A model generated the notes under the pieces. It worked only from the letters and a program-made list of their open reading frames with translations, made no database searches and had not been told where the DNA came from. The position numbers were made by a program, and so were the translations under genes. From Eledone cirrhosa (lineage: Eukaryota): 64,000 nt of DNA. Numbering within the stretch: position 1 is the stretch's first letter; the number at the start of each line of letters is the position of its first letter. Location of the stretch: assembly GCA_964016885.1 (NCBI GenBank), contig OZ024741.1, positions 146,134,001-146,198,000 on the forward strand, read 5' to 3'. This document shows positions 14,455-29,572 of the stretch, one piece after another.

Positions 14455-16030
14455 CAATGTCAATCCCTTCTTAAGATAATTGCTGACAAACATTTGCTGC
14501 TTTGCTGGTTGATAAGTTTGAAGATGTTACTAAGTTACTCTCAAGACCCTTCTGAGGAACCCCATTTTGGCTGCTTGTATTTGCAATCATATTCTTTTGG
14601 TCATTACCCAAGATTCATGGACATAGGTAAAGGTTGATACAAATAACAAATTGAGGATAGCAAGTTTGGCTTTTACACCTACTTCCCTTCTTCTGATTAC
14701 TAAATGCTGAAGCTGGTGTGTTACTGCACCAGCTCCTGTAATTTTTGCACTTAATTCAGCCTCTTGCCTTCAAACACTCATGAACATGGCCCCAAGATAT
14801 TTAAACTTCTCCACCTGCTTCAGTGGAATTCCAATGCGTATGAAGGATGACAACTGCATAACAAGGTGCAGAGCACTAAAAGTCGATGGAACCTTGGAGT
14901 GGGGAGACCCAAGAAGACCTGGGATGAGGTGATAAAAGCAGACCTTTCACAATTGCACCTCTCAAAGGTAATGACACAGAAGCAAGACCTCTGGAATTAC
15001 ACAGTAATACAGAAGACTCAATTTCCCAGGGGTACAAGCTGAAGCTGAAGCATATAGACAGTATACTTCCACCCACTTCCAATGCAAAATGATTGTGGAG
15101 GTGTCACGATAAAAAAAGCACCCAGTCCACACAGTAAAGTGGTCATGTAGGCGCCACAGTAAAAAGCACCCAGTACGCACTGTAAATTAGGTTGGTGTCA
15201 GGAAGGGCATCCAGCTGTAGAAAGCAAGCCAAAATCAGTTCTGTATGAGCAACACATGTTCACCTGACATGCATTGCCCATAACAGGACAATCCATCTAA
15301 CCCATGCTAGTGTGTTAGATGGATTGTCGGTGATGATGATGATGATATTGATGATGTAGAATGAACTGCACTGGTTTCCTTGAGAGGAGGAGTATCTCAG
15401 TTATTGCAGCACTCAGCATCAAACCTATCAAGTGCAAGTCAGAGATTACCTTCTGTCAAGTTAAGTAACACCATGTCATCTGCAAATTCCAGTCAACTGA
15501 TTTTACACCCGCCAGTCGTGATACTACTTCCATCCTAGCTGTGTATATCAAAACTGTTCATGTAATTAATAAACAGGAGAGGTGACAGTATGCACCCATG
15601 GTGGAGTTTGCCTCCTACATTGAATGGTTTCGATTTAGCACCATTTATCCGAACACAAATACCTAAGCATTTGTATAGAGACATCAGGAAAGCCAGAAGC
15701 TGACCATAGATCCCATACACTTGCACAACATTTGCAAAATTTCCCAAGGAATGCATTCATATACCTTTTTGAGCTCTACAAAACAAAGCTATACCTCTTG
15801 GCAATACTCGCACGATTTCTCAAAGACCTGCTGCAGTGTGAATATTTGGTTGGTTGTGCTGCATCTGGGGCAAAAACTGCACTGTTCAGCTTGGACTCAA
15901 CAATCTTCCTGCATTTCTTTGCTAGACACTTAGCATAGACTTTACCAGGGAGGATTAACAAGTAGATCCCTCTGTAATTGGAACAATCTTTCTTTTCTCC
16001 CTTTTTGAAAATTTGGATTATCACTCCCAA
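14455..16030 (-). mobile_element. RTE LINE RT fragment (family B), interrupted at about 14845-15357 by the 3' end of another RTE on the + strand
   Basis: IFKKGEKKDCSNYRGI..L.LPGKVYAK, GCILSPLLF, FADD, EKFKYLG motifs; the insert ends in a (GAT)n tail at 15330-15356. Confidence 0.8.
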
Positions 16031-16547
16031 TTATTATTGATTTGGATATGGTTCTGACATAAAATTATGATGAAAGATATAAATTGAAATAGGAACCCTT
16101 TAAATTAGGAAATTTTGTTTCATAGACCCAGAGCTGGTTTTGGTTGGGTGGGTATCAAAAGGGTTATGCCACATCTAGTCATATGATACAAAATTATCTG
16201 TATGAAATAAACCATCTGAAACCAATCCTGATTGTTTGACACAATACTGTTCATTTTAAAGAGTTTATATTTCAATAAATAGAATGGAGGGTTAGTAGAT
16301 TAGTGGTATTGTTAAGAAGTCAGATAAGATGCTTTGTGATATCTGATCTACTCTGTTGTCTCCAAGTTCAAATCTCACCTCTGACTATTAGGAGTTACAA
16401 CTGGCAGGGAGTATCTGTAATGAAACAACAAGTAAAAACACTGTTTCCTTTGTCTAATAAGATAATTGACTCTTTCTTTTTACTTTCCTTAGATGCCAAA
16501 GTATTCAAATTTGAAATATTTCTCCATACTCTAATAAATTATATAAT

Positions 16548-16737
16548 TGTTTCTACTTTAGGCACAAGGCCAGCAATTATCCAGTACATTACTGGTACTT
16601 TATTTTATCGACCCCATAAGGATAAAAGGCAAAGTTAACCTTGGCGGGATTTGAACTCAGACCGTAATGGGACGTAACTATGCTAGAAAGCATGGCGTCC
16701 AACCCTCTACTGATACTGCCAATTCACCACCTTATAA
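16548..16737 (-). mobile_element. SINE family 1, full length, 16-bp TSD
   Basis: TSD taataaattatataat at 16532-16547 and 16738-16753; A/B boxes on the minus strand. Confidence 0.88.
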
Positions 16738-17240
16738 TAATAAATTATATAATGTCTATAGAAAAGTATATAAAGCAGCATTGAAAAGAAATGCATAGCA
16801 TTTCAGAGGAAAATCTAATTTAAAAAATAACTTTAACTCTTTAAATACCAAATCAATCTGCTCATTTAAAAATGTTTACACATATATCAAATCCTTTTAT
16901 CATAATTTTATTTAAGTGTTGTTCTAAATGTCAGCTCATTATTAATAGACTTAGATATTGTATTAAATTCGTATTTGATAATTTTCAAATATAAAAATAA
17001 AAGAGACATAGACAGTATCTTTCATTAGAAATATGGTAACAAAAGAAACAATAGATGAAATTAAATTAATTATTTTAATTGGAGCATAAATAATCAAGCG
17101 TGTGGCTACAGATTTATTATTAACATTTAATAGAGTAAGGTCATAATTATGGCCCCTTAGATTTTCTGACAATAAAAGTCCTCATTTAATATGCAAAGAT
17201 ACAAAAAAAAACAAAAAAACAAGAAAACCATTGTTATAGT

Positions 17241-17498
17241 TTAATCCTTTTCATACCAAACTTCCTGAAACCAACTCCCTTGGTTCTATGAAAGAAATCT
17301 GTTTTAAAGAGTTTATATTTATCTAAAAACCTTTCATCTTTTATGGAAGAATGTTTCTTAAGTAATACTCCAAACATTTGCTTAAAAATGAGAAAATCTG
17401 TTAAATTACTACATCCTTCCAAATTTTTGATTATTTTCAAACTTTTTGAAAATCATAGGCAGTGTCTTTTATTAGAAATATGGTAACAAAAGGGTTAA
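17241..17498. mobile_element. TTAA-flanked MITE-like repeat, abundant old family
   Basis: ttaatccttttcatacc ... aaatatggtaacaaaagggttaa; decayed relatives at about 20-120, 9640-9835, 11180-11385, 56190-56354 and 63000-63190. Confidence 0.55.
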
Positions 17499-18373
17499 AT
17501 GACTACAATTTTCATTTTTTACTTTAATTCCTTGTAATTTGAGTAAGTGTATTATCATGAAGCATAAATTTGGGTTCAGCATTTTAAATTAATTAGAAAA
17601 TTTAAACCATAGATTTTATCGAAATGTGCTTTTCTTTTTTATATAAACATCTGTTGGTGATATTCTCCCAATTATTCAACCACAAAAATGAATAACAAAA
17701 AATAGAATTAGAAATGGCAATGAAACTTTCACCTTAAGCCAATCCTAAATGGGTAAGAATGTATTGTATATCTCTTTACACAGCCTTCTTTTCAATTTAG
17801 CAAAGTGAAAATAAGATGTTGATCTATTATCAATTCTGGATGACTAGTTTAATTATAGTTGAACAAAGAGCCAACCATGTGAATGTTAATCTGTTCACTT
17901 CACAATGAAGGCAATTACATTAAAGAAATGCTTCACTAGATTTTGCCAATATTTTATTAAAAAAACAACTTTAATTTAGTTCAATCTCAATATTCTATAT
18001 TAGGATAATGTAGTAACATTAGACAATTATTCATCCTCAGTTATAAAAAAAAATATTCGGTTTTATTCTTCATGCTTAAATCATTGGCCAGGAAATGAAA
18101 TGAATAATATATTATTGATGGAAATTGTTTTTAGCATAGAAAGAAGGGAAAAAAAGGAATGTTAATAAATAAATAAATAAATAAATGAATAAATAGAAAA
18201 CTGGAAAGAGAGATTTCTATTTTAAAATAAATGTTTAAAATACATAGATATATATTATAAACATAGCTATTATGAAATATGATGTATATATAAATAAAGT
18301 TTAATAAGTAGAGGGATCTACGTTATTATGCAATGACAAGATGATCCAAAGCTCAATGTATTATTACAATCAA

Positions 18374-18560
18374 AGGCAGTGGATTGGCAGTATTGGTAGA
18401 GGGTATGATGCCATGCTTTGCAGCAAAGAGTTACGGCCCTTTATGGTCTGAGTTCAAATCCCACTGAGGTTAATTTTGCCTTTCATCCTTATGGGGTCGA
18501 TAAAATAAAGTACCAGTAATGCACTGGGTAATTGCTGGCCTTGTGCCAAAAGTAGAAACA
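18374..18560 (+). mobile_element. SINE family 1, full length, 14-bp TSD
   Basis: TSD attattacaatcaa on both sides. Confidence 0.88.
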
Positions 18561-18674
18561 ATTATTACAATCAATGATTATGTAGAGCAGAAATGCCCAA
18601 AGTAGAATCCATGAGGTAAGTCTCAATAATTGCACTTATGCAACATCACAGAGCATGAAAATTGAATATATAAA

Positions 18675-21121
18675 TATATTAAGGCAATTAAGAATATGAA
18701 GACTGAGAAAGCAACCGGTCCATCAGGTATAACTGCTGAGATGCTGAAAGCATCTAGGTCAGTAGTTCGAACCATAACCACACGTATTGTTAACCAAGTA
18801 ATACTAGAGGGCATCATACCAAATGATTGGTGCAACAGCATCATTGTCAACTGCTTCAAGGGTAAAGGAGATGCATTAGATAGAGGAAACTATAGAGGTA
18901 TAAAGCTGATGGACCAGGTCATGAAAGTAATGGAAAGTGTTATAGCATAGATGATAAATCTAGATGAGATGCAGTTCGGATTTGTGCCAAGCAAAAGCAT
19001 CATTGATGTTCTCTTCCTTGTGAGGCAGTTACAGGAAAAGTATCTAGCTAAAAGTAGGCCGCTCTACCTGGCATTTGTCGAGCTAGAAAAAGCCTTTAAC
19101 AGAGTGCCCCGTGCTATAATCTGGTGGGCTATTAGAAAACTAGGAGTAGATAAATGGCTTGTAAAGGCTGTACAAGCCTTGTATATGGGAGCAATCAGCA
19201 AAGTTAGGGTTAACAATGACTATAGTGAGTAATTTAGCTGGAATATTCACTGTCACAACCAACAGAAGTATACGTATGTATGTATGTGTATATATGTATA
19301 TAACAGTGCAAGTTTGATTTCTCTGTGTTCAGACCTGGTTTACATGTATGTGCATGCTTACTCTCTTATCATATAGACATATTTATTCTTCATCGTTATT
19401 TCTGAAGACTTTCTTTTTGAAATTCTTTTTTCTATACATGTCTTCTTTCTAATGACTTGCTTCCTTTTGATTAGCTGTTATTATCAAATATCAACCAAGT
19501 CCTATTTACATATAAGTCGAGAAAACTATAGAGACATCAAGTTGATGGACCAGATAATGACAGAAACAGAAAGAGTTATAACACAGCTGATTAGGGAATG
19601 GCTAAATCTAGATGAGATGCAGTTTGGATTTGTACCAAGTAAAAGCACCACAGATGCTCACTTTTTGGTGAAGCAGCTACAGGAAAAGTAAGCCACCCTA
19701 CCTGGCATTTGTTGATTTGGAAAAAGCTTTTGACAGAGTGCCCTGTGCCATAATCTGGTGGGCCCATAGAAAGCTAGGAGTAGATGAATGAATGGCTTTT
19801 GAAGGCTATATAAGCCATGGGTAAAGGAGCAGTAAGCAAATTTAGGATTAACAATGTCTATAGTGAGGAATTTACCATGCATGTTGGCATCCACCAGGGC
19901 TCTGTTCTTAACCCTCTCTTGTTTATTATCAAACTGCAGGCTATAACAGAAGAGTTTGATATACGCTGCCCATGGGAACTCCTGTATGTGGATGATCTTA
20001 CACTGATAGCTGAGTCTAAGGTGGAACTAGAGAAGTTCCAATCCTGGAAGCATGGCCTAGAAACAAAGAGTATTAAAGTCAACCTAACAAAGACTAAAGG
20101 TCCTAGTAATTAGAAGGGAATCAGAGCATTGCTCCCCTCAGGGAAATGGCCTTGCTCAGTGTGTAGGAAAGGATAGGCAGAAATTCTATCCTCTATCCAA
20201 AATGCAAACTATGGGTGCTGGAGCAGTAAGGAGCAAATGACCACAGGAAGCAAACACTACCAAATTCCAGCAGGGTTCGGTAGAAGCAGTTGACAACTTC
20301 TGCTACCTGGGTGACCAAATTAGCAGCATAGGTGTGTATGCTGAAAGTACAGAAGTCAAAGTAAGAACGGGATGGAAGAAGTTCAAGGAGCTACTACCAC
20401 TGCTAGCTACATGAAAGCTTTTCCTTCAAAATGAAAGGCAGACAGTATGATGTATACATAGGAACATCAGTATTGCATGGTAGTATGACCTGGGTGCTGT
20501 GTGCAGAAGACTTGTGAAGATTGGAAAGAAATGAAGCTTGCATGCTCCAATGGATGTGTAAAAGTAATATACATGAACGGAAATACATAAACATATTGAG
20601 AGAGAAATCAGGTATAAGAGGAATCAGAAGCAGTGTGCAGGAGAGGAGATGACGTTGACATGTGATGTGTATGAAGGATGACAGCTTCATAAAAAAGTGC
20701 AGAGCACTCAAAGTTGATGGAAGCCATGAAGTGGGGAGGCCCAGGAAGACTTGGGATGAAGTGATAAAAAATGACCTTGCTCAAATGTACCTCTGAAAGA
20801 TGATGACAGAACCAACATCTCTGGCATTATACAGTAATAAAGAAAGCCCGCCTTCCCATAGGTACAGGCTGAAGCATATATATAGTATCCCCCCTGCCTC
20901 AACACCACTCTTCCAAACATCTCCCATGACGAGGGGCTGAAGCAAACATCTAGTGAACCCTTCAGCCCACACTGTAAAGTGGTCGTGTAGTTGTAGAAAT
21001 CAAGCCAAACTCACTTCTGTATGAGCAAGGACATGATCACTTGACCTGCCATTTCTCACAACAAGACAACTCATGTAATCCATTCTAACATGGAAAAGTG
21101 GACATTAAATGATGATGTTGA
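18675..21121 (+). mobile_element. Two 5'-truncated degenerate RTE LINE pieces (about 18675-19235 and 19520-21121)
   Basis: KATGPSGI, NYRGIKLM, MQFGF, LEKAF, HQGSVLNPLLF, LYVDD, YLG motifs; RT start present twice; 3' end with gatgatgttgat tail. Confidence 0.88.
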
Positions 21122-21561
21122 TATATAAATATTTAATTGAATGAAGAAAATAAATCAAACACAAGGAGGCAATAACACAAAGTCTTATTAGGATCAAGCT
21201 TAAGAGGAAGTGGATGGAGGAGGGTTCAGTACTTCAGACAGAAGTCCTCCATCAGGAAATGGAGAGGTCAGATAGAGAGAGAACAGGTGGGTAAATGAAA
21301 GTTTGGAAAAGGTAGTTAAGAAGGTTGGGTGTTGTAGGCAAGTGGTCCAGCGTTTAGGATTGGGGGATGAAGTGGAGGCACTACATGTGTCATGGGTGTA
21401 GCTGTGTGTGTGCTGGGTGGAGAAAATTGATAGGTGTGCATTACTGCTCCTGTTTGTGTGTATTGGTGGTGGAGTAGAGAGGAGTGAATGTAGATTGTTA
21501 ATAGTATTAGCCGGTGAGGTAATTCGGGTATATGTGTTAGTGTGCATGAGTATAAATATAT

Positions 21562-22140
<579 letters not shown>

Positions 22141-22662
22141 ATGTTGGAGTAAAAATGTTAATTCTACTGTCAAGCTGAGCCGGCTTGTACAACTCCAAAT
22201 GCAAATGAGATTAAACAGTCCTTCTACATAGGTGAAAAAATTATATATTTTCACCCATTCAAATTCCAGCAGAGAAAAAGAAGCGCTGTACTGATGACGA
22301 CTAGAGCCAGAAATAGGCCTCCAATGCTTCTGCAGGGATCCACTAGATAGTGCCAGGCACCAGCTTTACAATATTCATTGCTAGAAGGCCTTCCAAATTC
22401 CATATATCATTAGATATACAAAATATATGTGTGTATATGCATGTGTATGCATGGGACCTCTCATTTAACCGTTAATAATCCTTAAAGCTGATTGGATTGT
22501 CAGGAAAATTTGCAATATTAGTGTAAAGAACATTTGAATGTGATGCAAACATATTGAAGTTTTGTTCTTTACAAGAATGTCTTGCTACAATGTTTTCAGG
22601 TGATACAAAACATTAAGAGTGTGAAATAAAAGATTCTTCTATAAGAAAATTATCATAAAAGA

Positions 22663-22718
<56 letters not shown>

Positions 22719-23064
22719 AACATACATACATGAATGCAAATGCATATTCAAACATACATGTATGCATACATATGCACATACATATACTTACATTCACGCA
22801 CCAGTGCACACACATTGCTACACATTTGGTGACTGTACAGTCCATGGTTGGTTGTGAATTCAGGTATGCATGTCAGTGGTTGGTTTTGGTTGGTTTGCAG
22901 TGATTTGTTTACAGGTTAAGGCAATCAACTGTCTTATTTACACACATACATACTCAACCACTTATACATTCATACTTACATTCTTGCATACAGACACATA
23001 TACCCATCCATCGATATACATGTGCATACATATACACATAGATGCATACATAACTACATGCATA

Positions 23065-23578
23065 CACATGATGATGGCTGCAACTCGATTTAGAGTCATA
23101 CCATGTTAGGGTTTTGCCTATGCCCTGCAATACCATGCATTACAAAAAATGTCATATATCAAGCAAAGCCCGTGCTTGAAGCTTTTTTAAGTGAGGAAAG
23201 GCTTTGCACGGGGCCAATTCTACTCTCTGAACATCAAATGCATTTACCCAAAAAGAAGAAATGGTCTACATCATTGTATGCCAACGGAATCGCAGGTTTT
23301 ATATCAGAGTGACTTTCTCCTAGAGAGATATCTTAATGAAGACTATGAGTATCTCACTCCACAAAAAGAAAAGAAAAAAACTTTATTGGATGGCCATTGA
23401 CTCTCCTGAGTTCATCCGCTCTTTGATGGGCTTTGATTTTCATCCCGCAGGGTGTTCAAATTCACCCTCCTCACTAAGCAAGCTTGGTGGGGTTGCCTGT
23501 TTAGTTGCCGATGACCCAAACATCCACAGGTTGTTCTGGATTAATGTTATGAGTAGCCCTGAAGAGCAGCCTGACATA
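23065..23578 (-). mobile_element. Bipartite non-autonomous RTE derivative
   Basis: Contains the RTE 5'-leader motif tctaggaga...actctgat and aactaaac.ggcaaccccaccaag shared with 50230-50480, joined to a short 3' part. Confidence 0.5.
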
Positions 23579-26500
23579 CATATACATGCATACATACAAC
23601 TGTACACAGATTTATTGCTTCCTTTTGATACAAATGTTGATATATATCATGAATTTCTCAGCCAACTATCAATGTATATACATATGAGAAGAGCTTGTAA
23701 AACAATGTGTCATTTAGTGTGTATTTCATGTTTATTTATTAGTGGATTTAATTATCTAATTAACTCTCAACATCCTGTACCTCATGAACCAAGAAAGTTC
23801 TGAAGAGTATGTCTGTATGGACCCACAACACCTGGTGGAGTTGTAGAGACACCATAGTAATGGCATTTCTTAAGCATTTTAAACCTGGTATAGACCATTT
23901 CCTTTCCAGGTCTGAACACTGTCAATTTCTTCTAGAGAAGAAGAAAGAGATTGAGCGAGAGGAAGTGAGAAAGAAATATAGAGAAGAACTGGCATCAGTA
24001 TTAGCATGTTACAATTTTTTTATTGACCTCAAAATGATGAATGGCAAAGTTGACCTCAGTGAGATTTGAACACAGAGCACAGAGAGCTAAAATGAAGTAA
24101 CAAAACAATTCTGTTTTTAGATATTTGCTACTAAATTATTACAGGATGTTAAGATTTAAAAAGCATAGTCAGTAGATTTGGTAAGCATTCATTTGGGACA
24201 TTCATTGTATAAAAATTAAAGATTTATATTTCAGATGGCAGCCTTCAGCACATATGTGTGTAATGTTCTCATTTCTATACTGGTGTGTATGTGTGTATTT
24301 AACACCTTAACATTAGAAAATTTTAAGTTAATAAAAACATATTATGTGACCACTTGATCTCTGGAAATGTATGCTTTGGATGGATGCCTTTATCACGGAT
24401 AGTTAACTGTTTTCTGTTGTTATACGGGTGTGTATATGCTTGTATATTTATCACTTTACAATTAGAAAATTCAAGTTATTATAAACAGATTGTGTCGTCT
24501 CTTGATCTCTTGCTATGACATTCAAAGAGCAGAGATGTTTCAGATGGAGGCTTTTATCACAGATATGCAACTGTTCTCTATTGCTATAGGGGTGTGTGTG
24601 TATGTGTGTATTAAACACATTCGCATTAGAAGATCTATTTAAGTTAATGATTTTTAATTTAGTCAAAATGCCAGAAAATTTGTAAAAAGGGCAAAATTGA
24701 TTCAATCAACCCCAGTACTTGATTGGTATTTTATTTTATTTACTGCAAAATGATGAAAAGCAAAGTTGACCTCAATGTGATTTTAACTCAGAATGTAAAG
24801 GCCTAGGAAAAATATTGTAACAGCGTTCTATTCAATGCTATACAACTTCTGCCAATCCACTACCCTTATAATAGCTAATAATAATTTCCAATTTAGGCAC
24901 AAGGCCTGCAATTTGTGGGGAGGGGCAAGTTGATTATCTTGATTCTAGTACTTTACTGATACTTTATTTTATTGACCCCAGAAGAGTGAAGGGCACAGGG
25001 CAAAGTTGTCCTTAGCAGGATTTGAACTCAGAACATAAAAAATTGTAATTAAATACCACAAAGCACTTTGTCCAATACTCTACCAATACTGCCAATCCAC
25101 CACCCTTATTTAAATTAATAATAAAACAAATTGTATGGTTGCTTGATCTGTTCCCAATATCAAAGATTATTTTGTTGAGTGATAAATATTGAAAGATATG
25201 GTAATTCACTATGTCACTGATTACATATGCTAATTGTCAATGATGCATCAGAACAGAAATTAGCTCTTGAGTTCAATAAACAGTCCGTGACATATGCTTA
25301 TTGATGCTTGTAATGGAACTAACTGAGAAAATGGAGAAAAAAGAACAAAAAATATGAAAATAATTAGAACTATTATTGATTTCTTTTTACTAGAAGCAAG
25401 AACAAATATTATTGTTAGAAGTGATTGAATCAACTCCAGTAATACATTATAGATAGCTATTTTAAGTCTTAACATACTGTGTCACATGAAATTGCATTTA
25501 GTACGACATTCTTGAAAACTAACAAAGTCATTTTATGACTGCTCCTTGACAATTGATGTCCCTACTCTAAAACTGCAAATTTTCATAACAATCTGTCCAT
25601 TAGTAAAGATATGACAAGCATTTTAATCAATGAACCTATTTTTAAATATTTTCTAAATCTTTCCAAGATGCTAAGAGTTAATAACCATGCTAGAAATTGA
25701 ACACAGTGGATTAAAGTTTGCAATGTACTTAGTGTGTTTAGTGTCCACCAACCAACATGAACTCTGAGGTCACACAGCCTAGAAACAGCAAGCAATTTTA
25801 CCTCAAGTCATATCCACTGCCTTGCAAATGAAAAACATATTAGACTTTGGAATATGTGAACATTGTAGCAGGATTGTAGATTAAGATGTAGACATCGATG
25901 TGAAAAATGTTATACCGATATATGATTATTCTGTGCAGAAGAAAATGGATTTTGGATAAGACAGAAGTTATTGAAGAACAAAAAGAACAAGAATGAATTG
26001 TCAAAAGTTGAAAAGGGAATATGACAGACCTTAATCTAGAAGTAACTGAATATTGAACTCCTAATGGAGAGATAAAAAGTTAGTGAAGAAGTGATAAAAG
26101 AGATTAGAGGCAAAGCAACAGGATCACAATATCTATCTGTAGTTAGTATTGATAGTAATTATAGTTTATATAAGATTATATTCTGGCATATAATCTGATA
26201 TAAACATCCCTGAAAGATGGAAAAAATATTTTAATACAGTTATGAAGATGGTACTTAATTGGAGAAATGTCCTGATAAATGTCTGAACAACAATAAAGAT
26301 TGGAATTGGATGTATATGAAATATCAGTTGAAGAAACAGCAAAAGCCATTGAGCACTATCAAGCATGGTTACGATATTTAACTTAGTCGTTCAACAAATA
26401 GAGACCAATAAAATAAGTACCAGGCTTGAAATAGTACGTACTGGGTTCATATGATTGATCAAATCCCTTTAAGGGGGCACCCTAGCATGGTCATAATCTA

Positions 26501-26726
26501 ATAACTAAAATCATGCATGCAATAATACACATATGCATGCTAACACACACAACAACAGAGAAAAATAAATAAAAGTAAAAAATAATGAAGAGAAAAAATA
26601 CTAATAGAAAGAAAATATAGTGAGAAAAACATGATAGGTGCATTCAGAAACCAAAAAAATCTCATCAATTAGGTGAATAGTTTCAACAAATCATATCATA
26701 TTTAAAGGACATTATTAAAGATACAA

Positions 26727-26915
26727 AGGGCAGTGGATTGGCAGTATCGGTAGAGCGTCAGACACCATGCTTTGCAGCATAAAGTTATGGCCCATTATGT
26801 TCTGAATTCAAATACCTCCGAGGTTAGCTTTGCCTATTATCTTTACGGGGTCTATAAAATAAAGCACCAGTAATGCACTGGGGTAATTGCTGGCCTTATA
26901 CCAAAAGTAGAAGCA
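26727..26915 (+). mobile_element. SINE family 1, full length, 16-bp TSD
   Basis: TSD attattaaagat(a/g)caa at 26711-26726 and 26916-26931. Confidence 0.88.
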
Positions 26916-27570
26916 ATTATTAAAGATGCAATATTATCAGTATAGACTTGTGTGCAAAATTAATATTTTATTTAGAGTTGATTAAATAGTTAATTAGGCT
27001 TACAACAACCCTCAGTTCACATGTCTGGTGATTAAGCAATAATTAAGTTAATTCTAACTATGACACAATGATAGTTAGATAAGCCACTGTCATGAGATAC
27101 TGGACAGAAAGATACATGCTAATGATGACACCAATTAACAGTATGTATGGATCATATTTGCCATAATACATTCATTTACATGCACATTTTTATGATGTGT
27201 TATTTATTTAGTCAATCTATATAATTTTATTCTGTATTTTTGTCTTCTTATTCACCTGAATTTTGGTATAAGAGAGTGTTCTAGCTTTATTCTATTGCAT
27301 TTATATGTCTTATATCCTGATGAAATGCTTCAGTTAAGGCTTAGTCTGAGAAAGTTATGCAGTTTCGGCATATAAAAGTACAAAACCATGAATTGCATCA
27401 GTTTAGTTTAGAAGCAAAATGAAGTCTGGAAACACTTGTAGAGGATTACACAATATGTAAATTTTGTCACCAATTGTCATCATTTATACATGTATGTATA
27501 TTTGTATACAAACATACACATACTCAAACATACACAAATATATATATATAACTAACTATATATATATATA

Positions 27571-28770
27571 CAGGGTGCGGACGGTATGTGAGGACAGATT
27601 TATGGTTTAAAAAAAACGCTTATATAATGACAAAAATACTGTATTCTTATAAAAATAACATAAACATAAAGCTAAATTATTAATTTAATAATTTCATTCA
27701 ATAAAACCACCATAAACATCAATAACTGCCTCTACACGGGGTCAAAATCGTTTGCAAGCTTGGATTAAGTGGCCCTTGTTCATATCGGACATGACTCGAA
27801 TTATGGCGGCTTTCAAAGAATCTTTGGTGCTATAGGGGTGTTCATTGACATTTTTCTTAACGATGCTCCATACATAGTAGTCCAGTGGATTGCGATCTGG
27901 AGAATTAGGAGGCCAAATATTGGGGGTGATGTGATCATGTAAATTGTCAGCCATCCATTCTTGTGTCATTTGAGCCTTGTGTGATGGTGCAGAATCTTGT
28001 TGAAAGACATAAGGCCTTCTATTGCATACACTGTTGATCCAAGGCTTAACAACTTTATCCAGAACTTCAATGTATGCAGCAGCATTCGCCCTTGTGGAAA
28101 AATGTGAGGAGGCATCACATGTCCTTCATTGCTAACAACGCCCCAAACCAGGAAATTTGATGTGCATTACTCTTGGAACCTCAGAAGGGTCTGCACATAG
28201 CTACCTGTCATTTCTTCTGTTAGTATTGTGGTCCTGGTCAGTCAAAGTTTTTCTCAACTAGGAAAAACCAAATCACACCATCTATTGATGGATTTTTAAG
28301 TTTGTTTAAAAGTCTTTTGGATCTGATTAAATGCTTTTCTTTTGTTTTTTTTCTGACATGAATCAACCTCCCCTCATTACGTAAAAACTGTATCTGATGT
28401 CTTCATGCACAACATTTTTGATTGTTTTTTCTGACACCAACATTTTTTGCAATTTACCTCATTGAATAAATTACCTTGCTGAATAAATTCAGGTCCTGAT
28501 AGAATGAGAGTATTTGGAATGTTTTTTACGTTTTGATACAGGTAATACGCTTCCATCTTCTCTCTCTAACTCATACCGAATCTTGTGGACAAAAGATCTT
28601 GCAACTTTCAGAAAACGAGACATTTCTAAATCCCCATGCTTAGCCTTCAAAGCCACAATCACAGCATGCCTTTTCATTTCATTAGTAAGCATAGTTATTT
28701 TCGTTGTTATTTTCTGAAATGGTAGTTCAGTAAAAATGAGTCAAATAAAATAATCACTAAACAGTCTTGA
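27571..28770 (-). mobile_element. Tc1/mariner transposon, DD37D (maT) type, disrupted
   Basis: TA|cagggtg terminus at 27571; FQQDSAPSH...WPPNSPDRNPLDYYVW with 37 residues between the second and third Asp; HTH-like N-terminus in ORF 28489-28692; other TIR not seen. Confidence 0.88.
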
Positions 28771-29071
28771 TGTTGTATGTATATTTAATTTGTTATTTTA
28801 TCTGTGATTGCTGCAATTCTACTGGGATCACCTCTTATATTCAGCCTTTCTCTGCAGTTAATAAAATATTACATCACTAACACATTGTGAGAGTCAGCCC
28901 ACAGATATACACAAATAGATACAGTATACTACATACATTTTCACACAGTCAAATAGGTAACTCTGTAAATTAAGACAACTAGATGAATAATGTTGGAAGA
29001 ATTCTCAGGAATGCTTATTTTTATTGCTTTTTCAATTATAAATCATAGGTGGAAAATAGGTAGCACCATTA

Positions 29072-29397
29072 TAAAGATTTCTATTTTAGGCACAAGGCCA
29101 ACACTTTGGGGGAAGGAGAAGTCGATTAAATCGACACCAGTGCATTACTGGTACTTTATTTTATTGACCCCGTAAGGATGAAAGGCAAAGTTAACCTCGG
29201 CGGGATTTGAACTCAGAATGGCAAGGGCCGTAACTTTATGCGTCAAAGCATGGCGTCCGACCCTCTACTGATACTGCCAATCCAGTTTTTAACCTTAAAT
29301 TTCTTAAATTAAATTTAACCTTAAATATCTATCAATAGGTCCCATAATGGGACCTAACTCTATGCTGCAAAGCATGGCGTCTGACCCTCTACTGATA
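29072..29397 (-). mobile_element. SINE family 1 with duplicated tRNA head
   Basis: Complete unit 29072-29285, AT-rich linker, second partial head 29340-29397. Confidence 0.8.
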
Positions 29398-29510
29398 GAA
29401 TGTTTTGAGGTATTCATTCTTAGTTCATTGCAAGTTCAAATGTTGCTAATGTCAACTTTACTTTTCATCATCCAGTACTTGAGTCAATTCCTCCTCTATT
29501 AATCTTTCTA

Positions 29511-29572
<62 letters not shown>

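Noticed and set aside
25200-25345. Candidate host exons with good acceptors (minus strand at 25324; plus strand near 59910)
   Set aside because: All frames hit stops quickly and no recognisable protein is encoded.
27310-27400. CTGATGA in AT-rich context; also a very decayed motif at about 58360-58410
   Set aside because: Stems and second core half are not supportable.
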